This document shows, piece after piece, positions 1 to 13,559 of a DNA stretch of 64,000 nucleotides. The stretch is from Camelus dromedarius (Eukaryota). The stretch is from assembly GCF_036321535.1 (NCBI RefSeq), contig NC_087436.1:31436001-31500000 (forward strand), written 5' to 3'. A model generated the notes under the pieces. The model was not told the DNA's origin. It searched no databases and saw nothing but the letters and a program-made list of their open reading frames with translations. The position numbers were made by a program, and so were the translations under genes. Numbering within the stretch: position 1 is the first letter of the stretch; each line of letters begins with the position of its first letter.

Positions 1-359
1 AATCCTAAACTAAGTTGGTGACACTCCCACGACAGATGCAATGCTTGGACCCACCCTGCTTCTCTGTTCCATGTTTCACATCACCAGTGTAATGAGGCTA
101 TCAAGCAGAACCCCTTTGGCTCCCAGGATCCTATAAAAATCTTTGAAATACCGTTCATCACATTATAACCTTCTCTCCAAAGAGCACTGGTACAAAAGTA
201 AAGAGAATTCAGGGAAACAGTAAGAAAAATCTAGGTCAGAGGATGATATCAAGCAGCCCACAATTTTCTGTTCTCATACTGACCCTTCAACCTTGGACAA
301 ATCCTTTCCTAAAAGACTTCTAAATAAAACCCCAGAAATATGTATTGAAGGGCTTCAAA

Positions 360-510
360 ATATATATAGTCTTTGACCCTTTTATGCACAAAGACATTCA
401 TAACATCCTTATTTTTTATAGTGACATGTAGAAACAGACAAAATGTCCAAAGATACGAGAGGGTTCAATCACAACACATGATATGAAATATTATATAGCT
501 ATTTTCAAAG
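360..510 (+). mobile_element. Old L1 (L1ME-like) 3' remnant
   Basis: ctttgaccc...cacaaagacattcataacatcc...aaatgtccaa resembles a degraded L1M 3' region. Confidence 0.4.
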
Positions 511-653
511 AGATTGATCAAATGATTAGATGAGGAAATGCCCCTTTCCAAATCAAGCAGAAATCCTCTTCTTTAAATTAATCAGTATTTGATTAATTTT
601 AAATTGTTAGCAGATTCATAAAAATTACTGTATGTATCCTAAACATATAATTT

Positions 654-807
654 TTAAAAATATTTTATTTATTTATTATTGTATTATTTAATTATTTTAT
701 TGTGGCAGGGTGGGTAATTAGGTTTATTTTTTAGCAGAGGTACTGGGAATACCCAGGACCTCATGCATGCTAAGCATGCACTCTACCATTGAGCTATACC
801 CTCCCCC
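654..807 (-). mobile_element. Camelid tRNA-Ala-derived SINE (Vic-1 type)
   Basis: Minus strand reads GGGGGAGGGTATAGCTCAATGGTAGAGTGCATGCTTAGCATGCATGAGGTCCTGGG followed by an A-rich tail; 14-bp TSD TAAACATATAATTT at 640-653 and 810-823. Confidence 0.9.
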
Positions 808-919
808 TTTAAACATATAATTTAAAATACAGATGTATACTCTTTCACCAAACTTTGGATATAGACCAAGATCTTGGGCCCAGTTTAGAGTTCTGTATCA
901 TCTGGATCAATTGTACCCA

Positions 920-2870
920 CAATGCTGAAGGGTTTTAAGCGGGGAAATGACATGAATCTGTTAACGTTTTGAAAAGATCCCCCTGATTGCTCTATGGGGA
1001 ATGGGTGGCATCAGGGCAAGAGGAAAAAGCAGAGAAACAAGACATGAGAAGATTCCAATAACCCAAAATAGAAAAGACAAAGTGACCTGAACAAGGGTGG
1101 TAGCAGTCCAGGTAGAAAGAAGTAGCTGAGCTGAGAAAGATTTTTAAAGTGAGCAAGTGCCAACAGGGCTTTTTAAGTGATTAGAAATGGGGAAGGAGTA
1201 ACTCCTAGGCCTGAGCAACTGAGGAAGTGTAGAAATATTAATCAAAAACAAAACAATTGGGAATGAACAAGCAAGGAGCCCTACAAAAAAAAAATCAAGA
1301 TTTCTCCTTTTAACAAGCCACAATTGATGTACCTATTAGACATCAAAGTGGAGTCAAATGTACAGGTGAATATACCAGCCTGAAACTCAGGGGAGAAACT
1401 GGAGCTAGAGTTACAAACTTATAAGCCATCAGCCTATAACTGTAGTAAATGACAAGAGACTGGATGAAGTCACCTAGAGGGAACATGGAGCCAAAACAGT
1501 CAGGCCAAAAGACTGGAAAATGGAGACGTCAGTAAGAAAAGCTCAGAAGCAACCAGTGAAACAGAAGGAAACCTTGATATCTAGGGTCCCAGAAGCCAAG
1601 TAAAGTGTGGCCATGCAGCTGAGAGCTTGAACGAGACACACACAAATGACTGACACTGGCCTTGGCAAGCTGGAGGTCAGGGAGGCCATGACAAGAGCAG
1701 TTCCAGTGGAAGGATGGGGAGAAAATCGTGATTAAAGCACATTTATCCTAAAGTATAAGAGGAGAAGAAATGAATACAGCAAGTCTAGGCAACTTTTTCA
1801 ATGAATTTTACTGTCAAGGGGAGCAGAGAAATAGAGTGGTAGCAGAAAGGGAAAATAAAGGAAGGGTTTTTCTTTTAAAGATGGAAAACATTGCACCATG
1901 TTTATAAGCCAATGAGAATGATCTAGCAGAAAAGGGGGAAAATGATGAAACAGATGAGTGATGAGATGGTACAGTGGCAGAGAATACCAGAAAATAAGAG
2001 GGAATGGAGGATCCAGAGCACAGGTGAAGGAGCTGGCTACTGGGAGAAGCAGGGACTGTTCATCTATGGAAACCAGAGGTTAAATGGGCAGGAGTTGGCA
2101 GGTTTGGTGATAGGACAAGGAGGCAAATCTCATATTAGTATCACTGTAGTTAGCTGAGACTAGGGGTGAAATAAGAAATATAAGAAGTTTAAAAAGAAAG
2201 AATAAAATATAAAATTAACACCTCAGAGAGAAGGAAAATGAATTTACTAGAGAAATATAGTTGGATTTCCCTGGAGGGCTGAGTGCTTACTTGAGATCTG
2301 TAGTCATATATTGAAAGAGACCAGTGAGCATAGCTGGGTATTTCCCTCCAGCCACATTCATCTATTTGATTCCAGATGTGAAATAAAGCAGAGTTATATT
2401 TAAACAAGGTAGAGTTTTGACAGGTAAGAGAAAAATAGGGAAGTTAAGGGTGTATGCAAAGGCTGTTGACTCTAAGCTGGACAAGCAGAGAACTGAGGAT
2501 ATAGGTTCGAGAGGGTGGGGAGAAAAATGAACTGTGAAAAAGAGGTGTGGAAGTAGGGGAGAGTCAATGGACTGAAGGTCCTGACAGTCAGAAACAAATG
2601 AAGTGGGAGTAGTAGGGAAAGTGGGATACAAGATAGTAAGTAATGGTTTCACATAGGATGCTTGGAATTGGTATTTTGGGTGATGGAACCAGTATTGCCT
2701 AAGGCTTAGGATATAACTCTGAAGTGGGTGATGAAAAGGACAAGCTCATTGGAAGTGTGGAAGTCAAAGCATAGACTGGCAAAGTATGGGTGGATTTTCT
2801 AAGTGGTTATTTTCAAAATGATGGAAGGAGTTGCAGTAGAGGTATTTTAGCCAGGTGCTAAGATATACTA
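920..2870 (-). mobile_element. LINE-2 (L2) fragment, about 2 kb
   Basis: Purine-rich plus strand with typical antisense L2 motifs (gaagggttttaagcggggaaatgacatg, gatgtacctattagacatcaaagtggag, agggtggtagcagt); accounts for the ORFs at 1942-2652. Confidence 0.8.
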
Positions 2871-3874
2871 AATGATAAATAAACAGAAGTAATTGGTTTA
2901 CATAATAAACTCTACTGTTAAACTATTAGCTTGTTGAAAATAGGAATTGTTTATTTTTTTCTCTTTACTGTCTAGAAGCATTTCTAGTACATAATAGCTA
3001 TTTAATGAATGCTTTATAAGCCATCTCCCATTGCTTCTGTATCTTAATTTTCCCCTTGGCCCAAGATCAATTCAGCAGAACCACCATGAAAAGAGGGAAA
3101 GTGAGCCACATTTCAGAGATAAAGGAAGACACGAGGATAATTCAGAAAGGTGTAAAACGTTGGTGTTATTTTCAACAAAAACATTTAAACACTTTATGAC
3201 TTTTTAGAGGAAAGAATATTGCAGCCACCTTGGTCCTCCTATGCCCTCTGTTGAGACCACGGTCAGCTTCTTCTGTTGTCCCTAGCAATTCAACCCTGGC
3301 CCCAAATTTTCATATCTCACACACATAAAATTAAAGTCACTTTGTTAACCAAACTCTTCCCTTGTAGAATAATTTAGCTTCATTATTCAAATATGCCTTT
3401 TGCAATCTCACCTCCCACTCCAAGCAGTTTATAAACATATCCCTTGCAACTCAATAGAATACATGTCCTTATATGACCAGTGATGTTTCAGAACCTCTCA
3501 TAGACCAGCATTCAGTTTTCTTCCTGAGTGGACAGTTTCTTAAACCTGTTCAGCTCTCATTTCTTGTCAGGACCAAAAGAACCCAGATCAGGATTAAGGG
3601 GAGAGTCATGCCAATAGCTGCAAGAGGGGCCAATCTGTAAAGGTGTTAAAATAACATTGGAATAAATGGTCATATTTTAAATTCATCCTCTGTCACAAGC
3701 TTATAACACCCTCAAGTAAACACACTTTCTGTTTCAGATCTAGCTCTACTGAGTATTTTTTTAATGAACATTTGTAGTTGTAGGCAGATAAAAGTCAGTT
3801 GCAATCAGCTGAAATTCCAGTAATTGAGTGATACATGTAATATTAAAATGCTGTTTTTACTTAATTGCCTAAAT

Positions 3875-3929
3875 TTTAATTTAATTTAATTTAATTTAAT
3901 TTAATTTAATTTAATTTAATTTAATTTAA
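3875..3929. repeat. (TTTAA)11 pentanucleotide microsatellite
   Basis: 11 perfect units counted directly. Confidence 0.97.
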
Positions 3930-4019
3930 ATTCTTTGCCTCCTAAGAAGTTATATTGCTTGCCTTATAGAAAAAGAAAGCTGGAAAAATAACAGCAGCCT
4001 ATTAATAATAATTATATCT

Positions 4020-4130
4020 AACTTGGGGTTAAATAGTTAAGCTTTCATCACACAGCTAGTAAGGGGCAGAGCTGGTATTTAAATGCAAGCAACTGGGTTC
4101 AGAACCTGAATTCTTCACTATTACACTACT
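4020..4130 (-). mobile_element. MIR SINE fragment
   Basis: tcacacagctagtaaggggcagagctggtattt matches the antisense MIR core. Confidence 0.75.
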
Positions 4131-4339
4131 TCTGTCTTTTTTCCTCAAAATATTGGCACTAGTTTGGTAACCAAAAGTAAATCACTGAGTAACTATTTCT
4201 TAGTACAATTTGTTGCAATAGACATTTTCCTTCCACTTCCACTAAAGAAATACTAAACAACTATTTAAAGAAAATTGTTTTTAAAAGGTACCAAATTACT
4301 AGTCTCTCTGAGGCATACATATGTTCTCCATCTAGTCCT

Positions 4340-4783
4340 AGGTGGTAGATTGCATTGTTGTTCTCAGTTCTGCACCTTCCCTTGTATCTACCCTTTGAGA
4401 TGTGACTGTGTAGTTCCTCCTGCAAGATGGGGAGTTTATTTCCCGGCCTTTGACTTGGGGCCAGGTCATGTGACTCTTTTTAGCCAAGGAGATATTAACA
4501 AGCAAAGGCTTGAGGTGTGCTGATACAGCTGGGTACGTCCTCTTACACTAGGTCACAGACATGAGAAAAACATGGCCTGAGTAGCCCACTAATCCCAGAA
4601 GAATGAGACACCTGAAGCAGACCTAAGCCTCACCTCTGGCCTGCTGCCAAACCCAGTCCCCATCATCTGAGCTCCTGCCAAATCTCTGGTGCAGGAGCAA
4701 GAAAGAATTGTTTGATGTTGCCTATCACTGAGTTTCAGAGTGGTTTTTAATCAGCATTAATTTGGCCAAAGTTAACTGATAAA
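4340..4783 (+). mobile_element. ERVL-MaLR solo LTR (MLT1 family)
   Basis: Starts ggtggtagattgc, contains the internal ggtcatgtgact motif and ends gttaactgataaa (cf. MLT1 end gctaactgataca). Confidence 0.8.
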
Positions 4784-7700
4784 CTCTGCTTAAGACTCGT
4801 GAGGCCTTAGTCCATCCTTCACGTTTGGACTCGGGCCCAGGAGAGCCTAACTACAAATATTCTAAATAGAAAAATCTTTTTAATTGTCCTTTAAGAGTAA
4901 AAAATCTCTGTCTTTCAGTATTTATACAAAATCCTACTTCCTTATTGCAAACGATCAGAAAAGAAAATATAAAAGGTAGAAACAGAAGGGAGTTTGGGGA
5001 GGGGGGCTTTTTGTGTTATTTCTTTCTTTTTAAATATTTAGTATACTTTACTTTCTTGTTATTAGCACAAAGAAGAGGCCAACACAGAGAAAACTCCTCG
5101 AGAAACAGGAATTTTTCTCCCCTTATTTCAGTACTAGTATGTTTTTTAAAATATATGTGAAACTACATAGAGGGTCAGGGAAACAGGAAACCAGTTCATG
5201 GAACCAGCAGAAGAAAAGAAAGGGAGGAGCACAAGCCTTGCAGGATTTAAAAGGCCTCCCAGGAAGACAGACCTCCTGGAGCCAAAGAAGTTTCTATTCA
5301 CAAGTGGGGGAAATTGGTAACGAGTTCTTACTCCAGAGTATTACAGAAAGCTCTGTAACTGGCATCACTCCAAAGTGAAACTCTGAAAGCGTTTTCTCAC
5401 AGGAATGGTTTTCCTCCTTGTGATTAGGTTTTACGGTGTTAGCATTATACCCAATCACTCGTTCCACACAAATTTTATTTACCACCTACTATGTACCAGG
5501 CATGTGCTATATATAGTAAATTATAAAGACAAATACTTGAAGACTGCCCCAAAAACTTAAGCAACAAGTATAGCATTGTCTAGGGCGAAATAAATGCCAT
5601 TATTTTAAGCTAGCTTACAAATGACCTTTCAGGATATAATCTCTCTATAAATCAGGAACTGTGTTGTTCACTAAGTACATCAGAGAGGCTCGGGAAATTG
5701 TGGGTTAAAAAAATAGATGTGTTGGCTAATTTTTAAAAGGAAACTGCAATGAGATTACTATATGGAAAGAGTTGGTCAAAACTGTAGTATATATGATTGA
5801 TAAGTCAGTCTAGAATGCCTTCATTCCAACTGGCTGGTATTATAACAAATACAGCCAGTAGCTTTAATAGGTGCTTAGCTGAAAAGAAGACAGTTTACTG
5901 CCTGCTGTTTTAGACACCAGATGACAATTCAGGAGAATGCATTTGAACTAAAGTTCCATCTTCAATTAAACACTGTCTATATTGAGAACAATTTTTCAGA
6001 AATATCTCAAGCACATTTAAGATTTTAAAAAGGATAATTTACACCATAGGAGTTTGGAAAGCTTGGCTGAGAAGCCATATATAGAAAATCAGAAAAGATT
6101 TCCAAATGCCTAACAGCTTGTTGAACTGGGAGGATTCAACTGGGATAGAGTGAGAGACTTTACTGTCATGCCCATAAATCCTATCCAAGGATAGAGCCTA
6201 CCTATCTTATTAGATCAAAGTGTGAATTAATTGACTCCTTCTACATAACAGGATCTACTTCAGCTCACACACCAGTTTATGTGAAAATGAGAGAGAGCAG
6301 CAGAGTAAGGCATAAAGGACTTAAAGCGGTAATAGTATTCATAACCAACTGAGTAATAGCAAATTAAACACAAGATGGTGCATCTCCAGTTTTGAAATTG
6401 ATGATGCTGAGGACGTTGTAAAGAAGAGGTTAGAGATACAATAAACGCAGTTTTGAGAGAGAAGTTAATTATGGCACTTTCAAAATTTTAAAGCAAAAAG
6501 GAATAAAAGTTGGTAATTTAATGAACAATCTTGGTACTTAAAACCAAAACTTTAAGAATCAGGAATGATATAAAGTTGAAAAGATTGATTACATTCCATT
6601 AAAATATTATTGAAATCAACACACCTTTAATTATCTCTGTTACCGAATGTATAATATTGTCATAAAGACACTAACACAAAGACAAATGATTCCACCCCCT
6701 CACTTGTATCAGTTCAGCTAGATTTTATTTAAATAATAAATGCTGTATCTCCAATGGATATATAGGACACATAAACAAATAGACGAGTAAAATAAACCTT
6801 TCCATTTTTTGCTACATCTAATTGTCAAGAGGTCTGTCTAAATCATAGACGTCCCTGTTCTCCTACTGGTGACTTTGCCATCTTAGTGTTAGACTATAAT
6901 TTCTTAACAGGAAAAAAAATGCCTTAATAAATTTTTTTAAACCAAATATATAAACTTCTGATTAAAAACTGGTTTTCTTATTATCTTTATTTGAAATCCA
7001 TATAAAATGATTCATATGAACCTAGACAATATATTAAATATCAAAGAACTAGCTGTCATTTCAGTTAGTTTTAATCTTTCTCTATTTGCAAATAGACACC
7101 TCCAATTGTTATCTCCCAACTCAGAGAAGGCCATTTCTTTACTTATAAGTGAATATGTCTTGCCAAATGGGCCAGCGCAGATAAAATGGACATTTGTGAG
7201 AAATAATTTATTTGTATTAAGAAAAGACTGTGGTTGACACTTCTGCCTCCATGCAGAAAGGTAAAATTTATAGATTTATGCAGGTAGTGAGTTTATTCAT
7301 TTATGCAGAAAAAATAAATGGGTAAAGAATGATTTAGAATATTAAATAAAACAAGTGCACAGAAAGTGTGATTTAAATCACTGTTACTCAACATATATTG
7401 TTCACTTTATCTACAAATATGGAGTGAGAACTTACCATTTGCCCAAGACTGGTCTGGAATATTAGAATAAGCTAATTTTGAAACTGTCTCTTAAGTTCAG
7501 AAAAGGCATTCTAACAATTTGTAATCACATGTGATTTAAAGTTGTCTATGTTCTAATTGACACTCTTTCAATAAGCTGTCACGTGATGTGATGCAAATAA
7601 ATAACCTTACCACGGTGGTAAAAAGTGATAGTTTAGAACATATGATCTCAAACATAATACCCTGTGCATCAGTGAACATGAGGATGAATAAATACAAAAT

Positions 7701-8036
7701 CAAGTTATAAGTATAATTATAGGGTTAAAGTTGATTTTCATACATAAAATATGAAAAATAAATTTGATAATATGGTAGAAAATTTGATAAGTGGAAAAAA
7801 TCACGTCCAGCACTTGTCACATCTGATGACTATACCCTTATATGAAAAGTAAAATATCCTTTATATAAAAAGGAAAGCACATGCAAGATGCTGGCTAGAA
7901 ATAGCCACCACTGAGCCAGAGACTGGCAGAAATAGAACTCCAGAGAAAAACACCAGAGAACAGCTTTCCCCTCCATGACAACAGCCACAACAGGATGTTC
8001 CTCAAAACCCCAGGAAAATGAGACAGATTGTGTGAA

Positions 8037-8083
8037 TGTGTGTGTGTGTGTGAGAGAGTGAGAGAGAGAGAGAGAGAGAGAGA
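8037..8083. repeat. Compound (TG)n(AG)n microsatellite
   Basis: Seen directly; produces the SLSLSL/HTHTH low-complexity ORFs. Confidence 0.95.
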
Positions 8084-9694
8084 TTTTCTCCATGCAGTTG
8101 CTTCACTTTCAGAATTTCCTTAGAATTCAGACGAGACTCTGGACTGACATCCCTTTGGGGAGCACCGAGCTCTGAATGAAACAACTCCAGAGTTCTGAAG
8201 GCAAAGTCACCTTCCACGTCAAGTGCAAATAATCATCTGGCTTTCAGTTAGAGCTTGGTTCTATAGCACTATGCCAATCATTTGAAGACTTTGCTCTCCT
8301 TTTTATGATAAATAAAAATGTTGTAAAATATTCTATCAAGTAGCCTACTACTTCTTCTTAGGGGTCATAAAAATTCCTCTAATTAAAAAAAATTATCTCC
8401 ACTTTATGTCACTCTAAGACTTAAAAAATATACCCATAGAGGCCAACATATGCCATTGAACCAAGTGTCTTAAATGAAATCCCTTTAAAGTCTTGAGTCA
8501 TTGCCGGCATTTGTTATTCTAAGAGTAGCTGTAGGAAGAGCGACATTAATTATTGAACTGAAAGTAGATGAATGCATTCTTCATGGTGTTCAAAAGCACT
8601 CTGGGAACAGAGTCTCAATCCAGAATCCCTTCTGAGCACCTGCGCCTGTTTGCCAAGGTGCTTTTCCTGTCCTTGAAGCACCACCTGACACCAGCAAAGT
8701 CTCTCTTTCTTACTAGAGACTTGACTTGAAAGAGAATTGAAAAATCCACATGCTGCCTAACTTTATTTATCTGGGCAGTTATTAAGTCAGTAACTTATCC
8801 ACATATAAACTGCTTTTGTGTTTCCAGGTGCCAAATACAGAGAAATCTCAGCTTTTTCTCAAATACATTACTGAAAACCTCATTCTTCCTCTTCCCAGCA
8901 AATAGGTACTTATGTATAGTTGTCTCTCATTTTGTGTGGGAGGCTCTGAAAACACTTCAGTCAAAAATGAAGAAGACATAGCTGTTATTTTCTCCGTGGC
9001 AGAAACTTAGCTTCAGAACGCATTTTAAATCCCTTTTACTAAGGACAAGAATGGGTGAGTTAAAAAATTCAGATGAAAGATGACAAAATTCCATTAAGTG
9101 ATAATAAACCAATCTGCACACAAAGGCAGGACATGAGGGAACAGGCTCAAATTGTAAGAGAAGTGATTTGGATTCGATATTATAAAGAATTTAATGACAT
9201 AACAGTTACGAAATTAGGAAAATTTATCAACAAAGTAATTGGATGTTTTGCTTTAAATAAAGAAATTCCAAAATGGAGCAGAGATAGAATAGAATCTTTC
9301 AAGGCTTCTTCCTGTGTTGTGATTTTATGATTTTTCTTTACTGTTTTCATCTCCATTTAGATTCCATTTGTGTTCTAGGTTAAACTATTTTAATCGTCTT
9401 TGTCCCTTGGTCCCAGTGAATTTTATTTCTGAATCATTATGGACAATGGTCCCAGCACCAAACGAGATCCCTAACTTTTACATATGGTACTTATTAACAG
9501 TTATGAAATCACAGACTGACTACCACTTGACGAATTGTGAAGTTGGTCTCTATCACCCCCATGGATTCCCAGTCTGCTTCTTTTTCTCCCTCAAGAGCAC
9601 ACCTTCCAACTTTTTCTAATTTCCAAAATCTTCCTGTTTTCTTTTTCCTCATCTTGCTTTCACAATTAGTATAAATTATCAATAGCATGTTGAG

Positions 9695-9983
9695 ACAGCA
9701 TTGCCAAAAAGTATGCTGAAGAGCAGTTAGATCCTTGGGATGTTAATGGAACTGATTTGAAAAAAGATCCCACGGTCAAACATATTTTAAGAAACGTTCT
9801 GTTAAATAGACATATGTTTTCGGCACTTGTTGAGTTAATGTGCTAGTGTGCATTATGACTCACCAGGATAGAGCTATGGCAGACAATACTGCCCAAACTT
9901 ATTTGGATATAGAATCTTTTTTTTTTTTCTGGAACAACTCAGAAGGACTCTGAGTTCTGTGGAAGGCACTCTGAGGAATCCCA
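9695..9983. mobile_element. hAT-Charlie-type non-autonomous DNA transposon fossil (MER-type)
   Basis: cagcattgccaaaaagtatg...cccaaacttatttgga...gttctgtggaaggcactctgaggaa resembles Charlie-derived MERs; subfamily uncertain. Confidence 0.45.
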
Positions 9984-12554
9984 GGGAAGGAAAGTATGTT
10001 TAATTGCTGAGGGGTCCTCCACCTTGAGGTTTTACCAGGGACTAGTAAGTATCTACCAGGTACTATTAACTATTAAGGCAGGCACTGTGGCCATGCACCC
10101 AGGAGTCTCTTACTCAAGGTCCTAAATTCATTCTCCATATTTGTGTTAAGCTGACATCTATACGACTAAAGTTATAGAAAACAATGGATAATATTTAGAT
10201 CTAAAATCCAACTGTTCTCAATAACATGTGGTCTAGACTAAGCAGACTAGGCGAAGTTTAATTTTAGATGTATTGTTTGCATTTGGCTCTAAACACACCT
10301 TAGTGCTAATATAGACTATATTAAAAATTAATTGCCTTCAATATAATTTAATGAATTCAAGAATTATTTGTTTAATGCTTTCTATGTGCCAAGCATTAAG
10401 CAAGAAACTCAATAAATATTTGATAACATTATTAATAAGTATAATAATAATATTCAATGAAATAAACTATTTTACAGGTACAGTACAAACCTTTTAATAA
10501 AGCTAACCAAAGGAAACCTTGTTAAATCAACATCTAATACAAATCAACTATGCACTACCTTTTTGAAGATTTGAAAAGAGATTTTTATCTCTTCTGACTT
10601 ATCTCCATAAAAGATGACAACTTTTTTGTTAAGTACTTTTCTTTTTTGTATATACTTACAATCTCTTAATATTTATTCACATACATTTTTTCTTACCTGA
10701 TGGCCAAAATGTCCATCAAAATAGTAGCTATAGAGCCCAACTCTCCTACCCTAAAATATTTCAGGCTTTAAAAGGTACTTGAGTTCTTTCAAATCATAAA
10801 AATCTCCTACTCTATCCTAAAGGTAACACAGAGAATATGAACAAAATGGTTCTAGAACATTTTAGTCTATGCTATTCAATAGTGGGCAAAGTCCAGGACT
10901 ATTAGTAATTTACTGCTTCTCCATACTAATCAGCCTAAGTAAATTGATATGGTCTCCAACTGTGCCTAATTTGTAATCTGTAAGATGCTAATAATGTCTC
11001 TGCATACATGATGCTTTGCTAAACAGGAAAAATAGTAACTTAATTTCCAGAATCTAAAGAAACACAATCTTTTGTGGTACATCTGAAATAAAACGTCGAA
11101 TCAATGCAGAAAACACCAGCAGTAGTAAATTATAAGAACGCAGTTGAGGCACAGAAAAGTTTGTCACATTGAGGACTTCAGGCAGTTATTATCATATAGA
11201 TCGATCTTAAAGTTGAGTAAAAAATTTGTCAAGGAAAGATGCAATTTCCACCAGGAGGACAGAGTGATATGAGAGGACTAAATTATCTGGAAGATTCAGT
11301 TCTATTACTACAGTTCTATTGCTAAATCTACCAAACAGAATTTGAGGTTTTTCTAATGCCAGGACTGTGATGAAGCACTTGGTAAATTAAACATTATTAC
11401 ATTTCAAATGCATCATTTTCACCCAATCGCATCTGCAAGATATTTTAATAAGTTATGCATGTGCTAGATATATTAAAACGTATGGGTAGCATTCACACTG
11501 AAAGCAATATTCTAGTAAACATGTTTGATTCGATTTTTATAACTGAAAGGACTCAGCTGGATCACTAATGTTTTGAACCAAAGAAGCATATTTCATCTGC
11601 AGAACTCTGTATTTTTTAAATATTAGCATTAACCCTCAGAACACCTATCACTGCAGGGAGGTCTAGGACGTGGTGTTCTCCTAACGAGAAAAAAATTCTC
11701 AGACATGGGGTCTAGAATCAGAGACTTAAATCTCAGAAAATCCTACAATCCCAGCAATAGCTATAAAGTTTTAACACACTCAAGTCTTTTAAGTCAAAGA
11801 AATCCCAGAGCACACCTGAACTTAGCTTTCAGAGGAAAGAAACTGTGCACCTCACAGAGGAGGTGTAATACAAATTCTCCCACACGAGATTTTGCCCTTC
11901 TATTAAATCAAACCAAGAAACTTGGGTTACAATAGTCCCAAGAGATGTCAGGAAGTACGAATTGGTAAGGGACTTAATCTAGATCTATACATATGAGTTT
12001 TTTTAATTTAAACTTTGTCTTTCATACTAGCAAGTTATTTTAAAAATAACCGAATCCCCATTAGGTGTAGGAATATGTGTGCAAGTCAAACATTCCAGCT
12101 GAGAACCCTTTGATTAACTCCTCTTTTTGTTTGTCTACCAGTACAAGCCACAGATGAGAAGGAAGAAAATACACTGCCCAGAAATGTGGGTCAATATGTT
12201 TCCTGATTGCTCAGAAGCAACTGGTTCAAAGGCATTTTTGGAGGCAATCCATCTAACGTTGTGCTGTAATAATTATATTTCCTCCTTACTTACAGGTCAG
12301 CTGAAGAGGGAATGTCTACATGTGATTGTGTGCCAGGAGCTGGAATACAGTGATGGAAAAGGCAAACGCTTTCCCTATTCTCAAAGAGCTCATATTAAGA
12401 CATGCTGATTTCATATTTTACACATTTGGCACGATGATGTTAAGTACTTCTGGCACTGATTTTTTATTTTCCAATGTGCAAATATATTCATATTCTGTGA
12501 TGAAGAATGTAGCCTTAGCTATTAGAGATGCTAAGACTGGAGAATCACTTTTGA

Positions 12555-13070
12555 TTAATTGACTCATTCCTTTATTCATGCATTGTTTCATTTAGCAGAT
12601 ATATATTGAGTAGTTACTATGTGCTGGCCAATTCACTAGACGGTAGCAATACAATGGTTAACAAATTAGTCCTTGCCTTCAGCAATTCTAAGGGGTGGAA
12701 ATTATAATGCATGTACAATAAAAGGAATTTATTAAGCTCCTAATATCTGCCAGATATTATGCTAAATCTGGAGATATAGCAGCAAAAATAACAAATTAGA
12801 TTCCTGTGGCCTGATGGAGATTACATCTGAGTGGAGAGACAGGAAAACAAGTCAATGAGTAATTAAGATGATAAAACAGAGAGTAAATCAGGGCGTTAAG
12901 TAGGAAATGGAAGGCACTGAAAATGTTTAAAGAGCGGGTTAAAGTGATCCAATGTATATTTTAAGAAGGTTGCTATAAGGAGAATAAAAAGAAGGAAGCA
13001 GGGATGTAGCAAACCTGTTATTGCTCAAGTCCAGACAAAAGATGTAAGTAGAGAGTAGACAGCAGCATAG
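12555..13070 (-). mobile_element. L2 3' fragments (two tails)
   Basis: cattc/tatt tail followed by tattgagtagttactatgtgctggc; second tail begins atttattaagctcctaatatctgccag. Confidence 0.7.
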
Positions 13071-13149
13071 TGATACCCTGTGAACGGAAGGAAAACTGGG
13101 GCAAGCACAAGATCCTAAAAACTACAACAGTAACAAAAGCAATAACAAC

Positions 13150-13370
13150 ACAATAATAGTTAACCATTTTTAGAGTATTTGCTGTGTATCTATCAATGTG
13201 ATTTATATATATGAGATACTAACTCTCCTAATCCTTAGATGAGGTGCTAATATATCTATTTCACATGCAATGAAACTGAGGTCTAAAAGTTAATCACCTT
13301 GCAAGATCACATAGCCAAGATGGAATTTGAACTCAGGTTCCTGACTCTAAAACATAATGCTTAACTCTTA
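13150..13370 (-). mobile_element. MIR SINE
   Basis: gaaactgaggtctaaaagttaatcaccttgcaagatcacatagc...ggaatttgaactcagg. Confidence 0.8.
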
Positions 13371-13559
13371 AAGGAATAATTACACTGGCAAGAACATTTA
13401 TCACATGCAGTAGTTGAATCATCAAGTGTGTTACATGCAGCTATATAATTATATATTATAAACCTATGCTAAGTAATGATAGTTTATGCAAAATAATTAT
13501 CATTTACTAACACAAGTTATGGATATAAATATGGAGTTTTACTCTTCAGTTAGCAAAAT

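Noticed and set aside
737..807. tRNA-Ala gene
   Set aside because: Damaged T-loop, an A-rich SINE tail and TSDs show it is a SINE; the same applies to the other three copies
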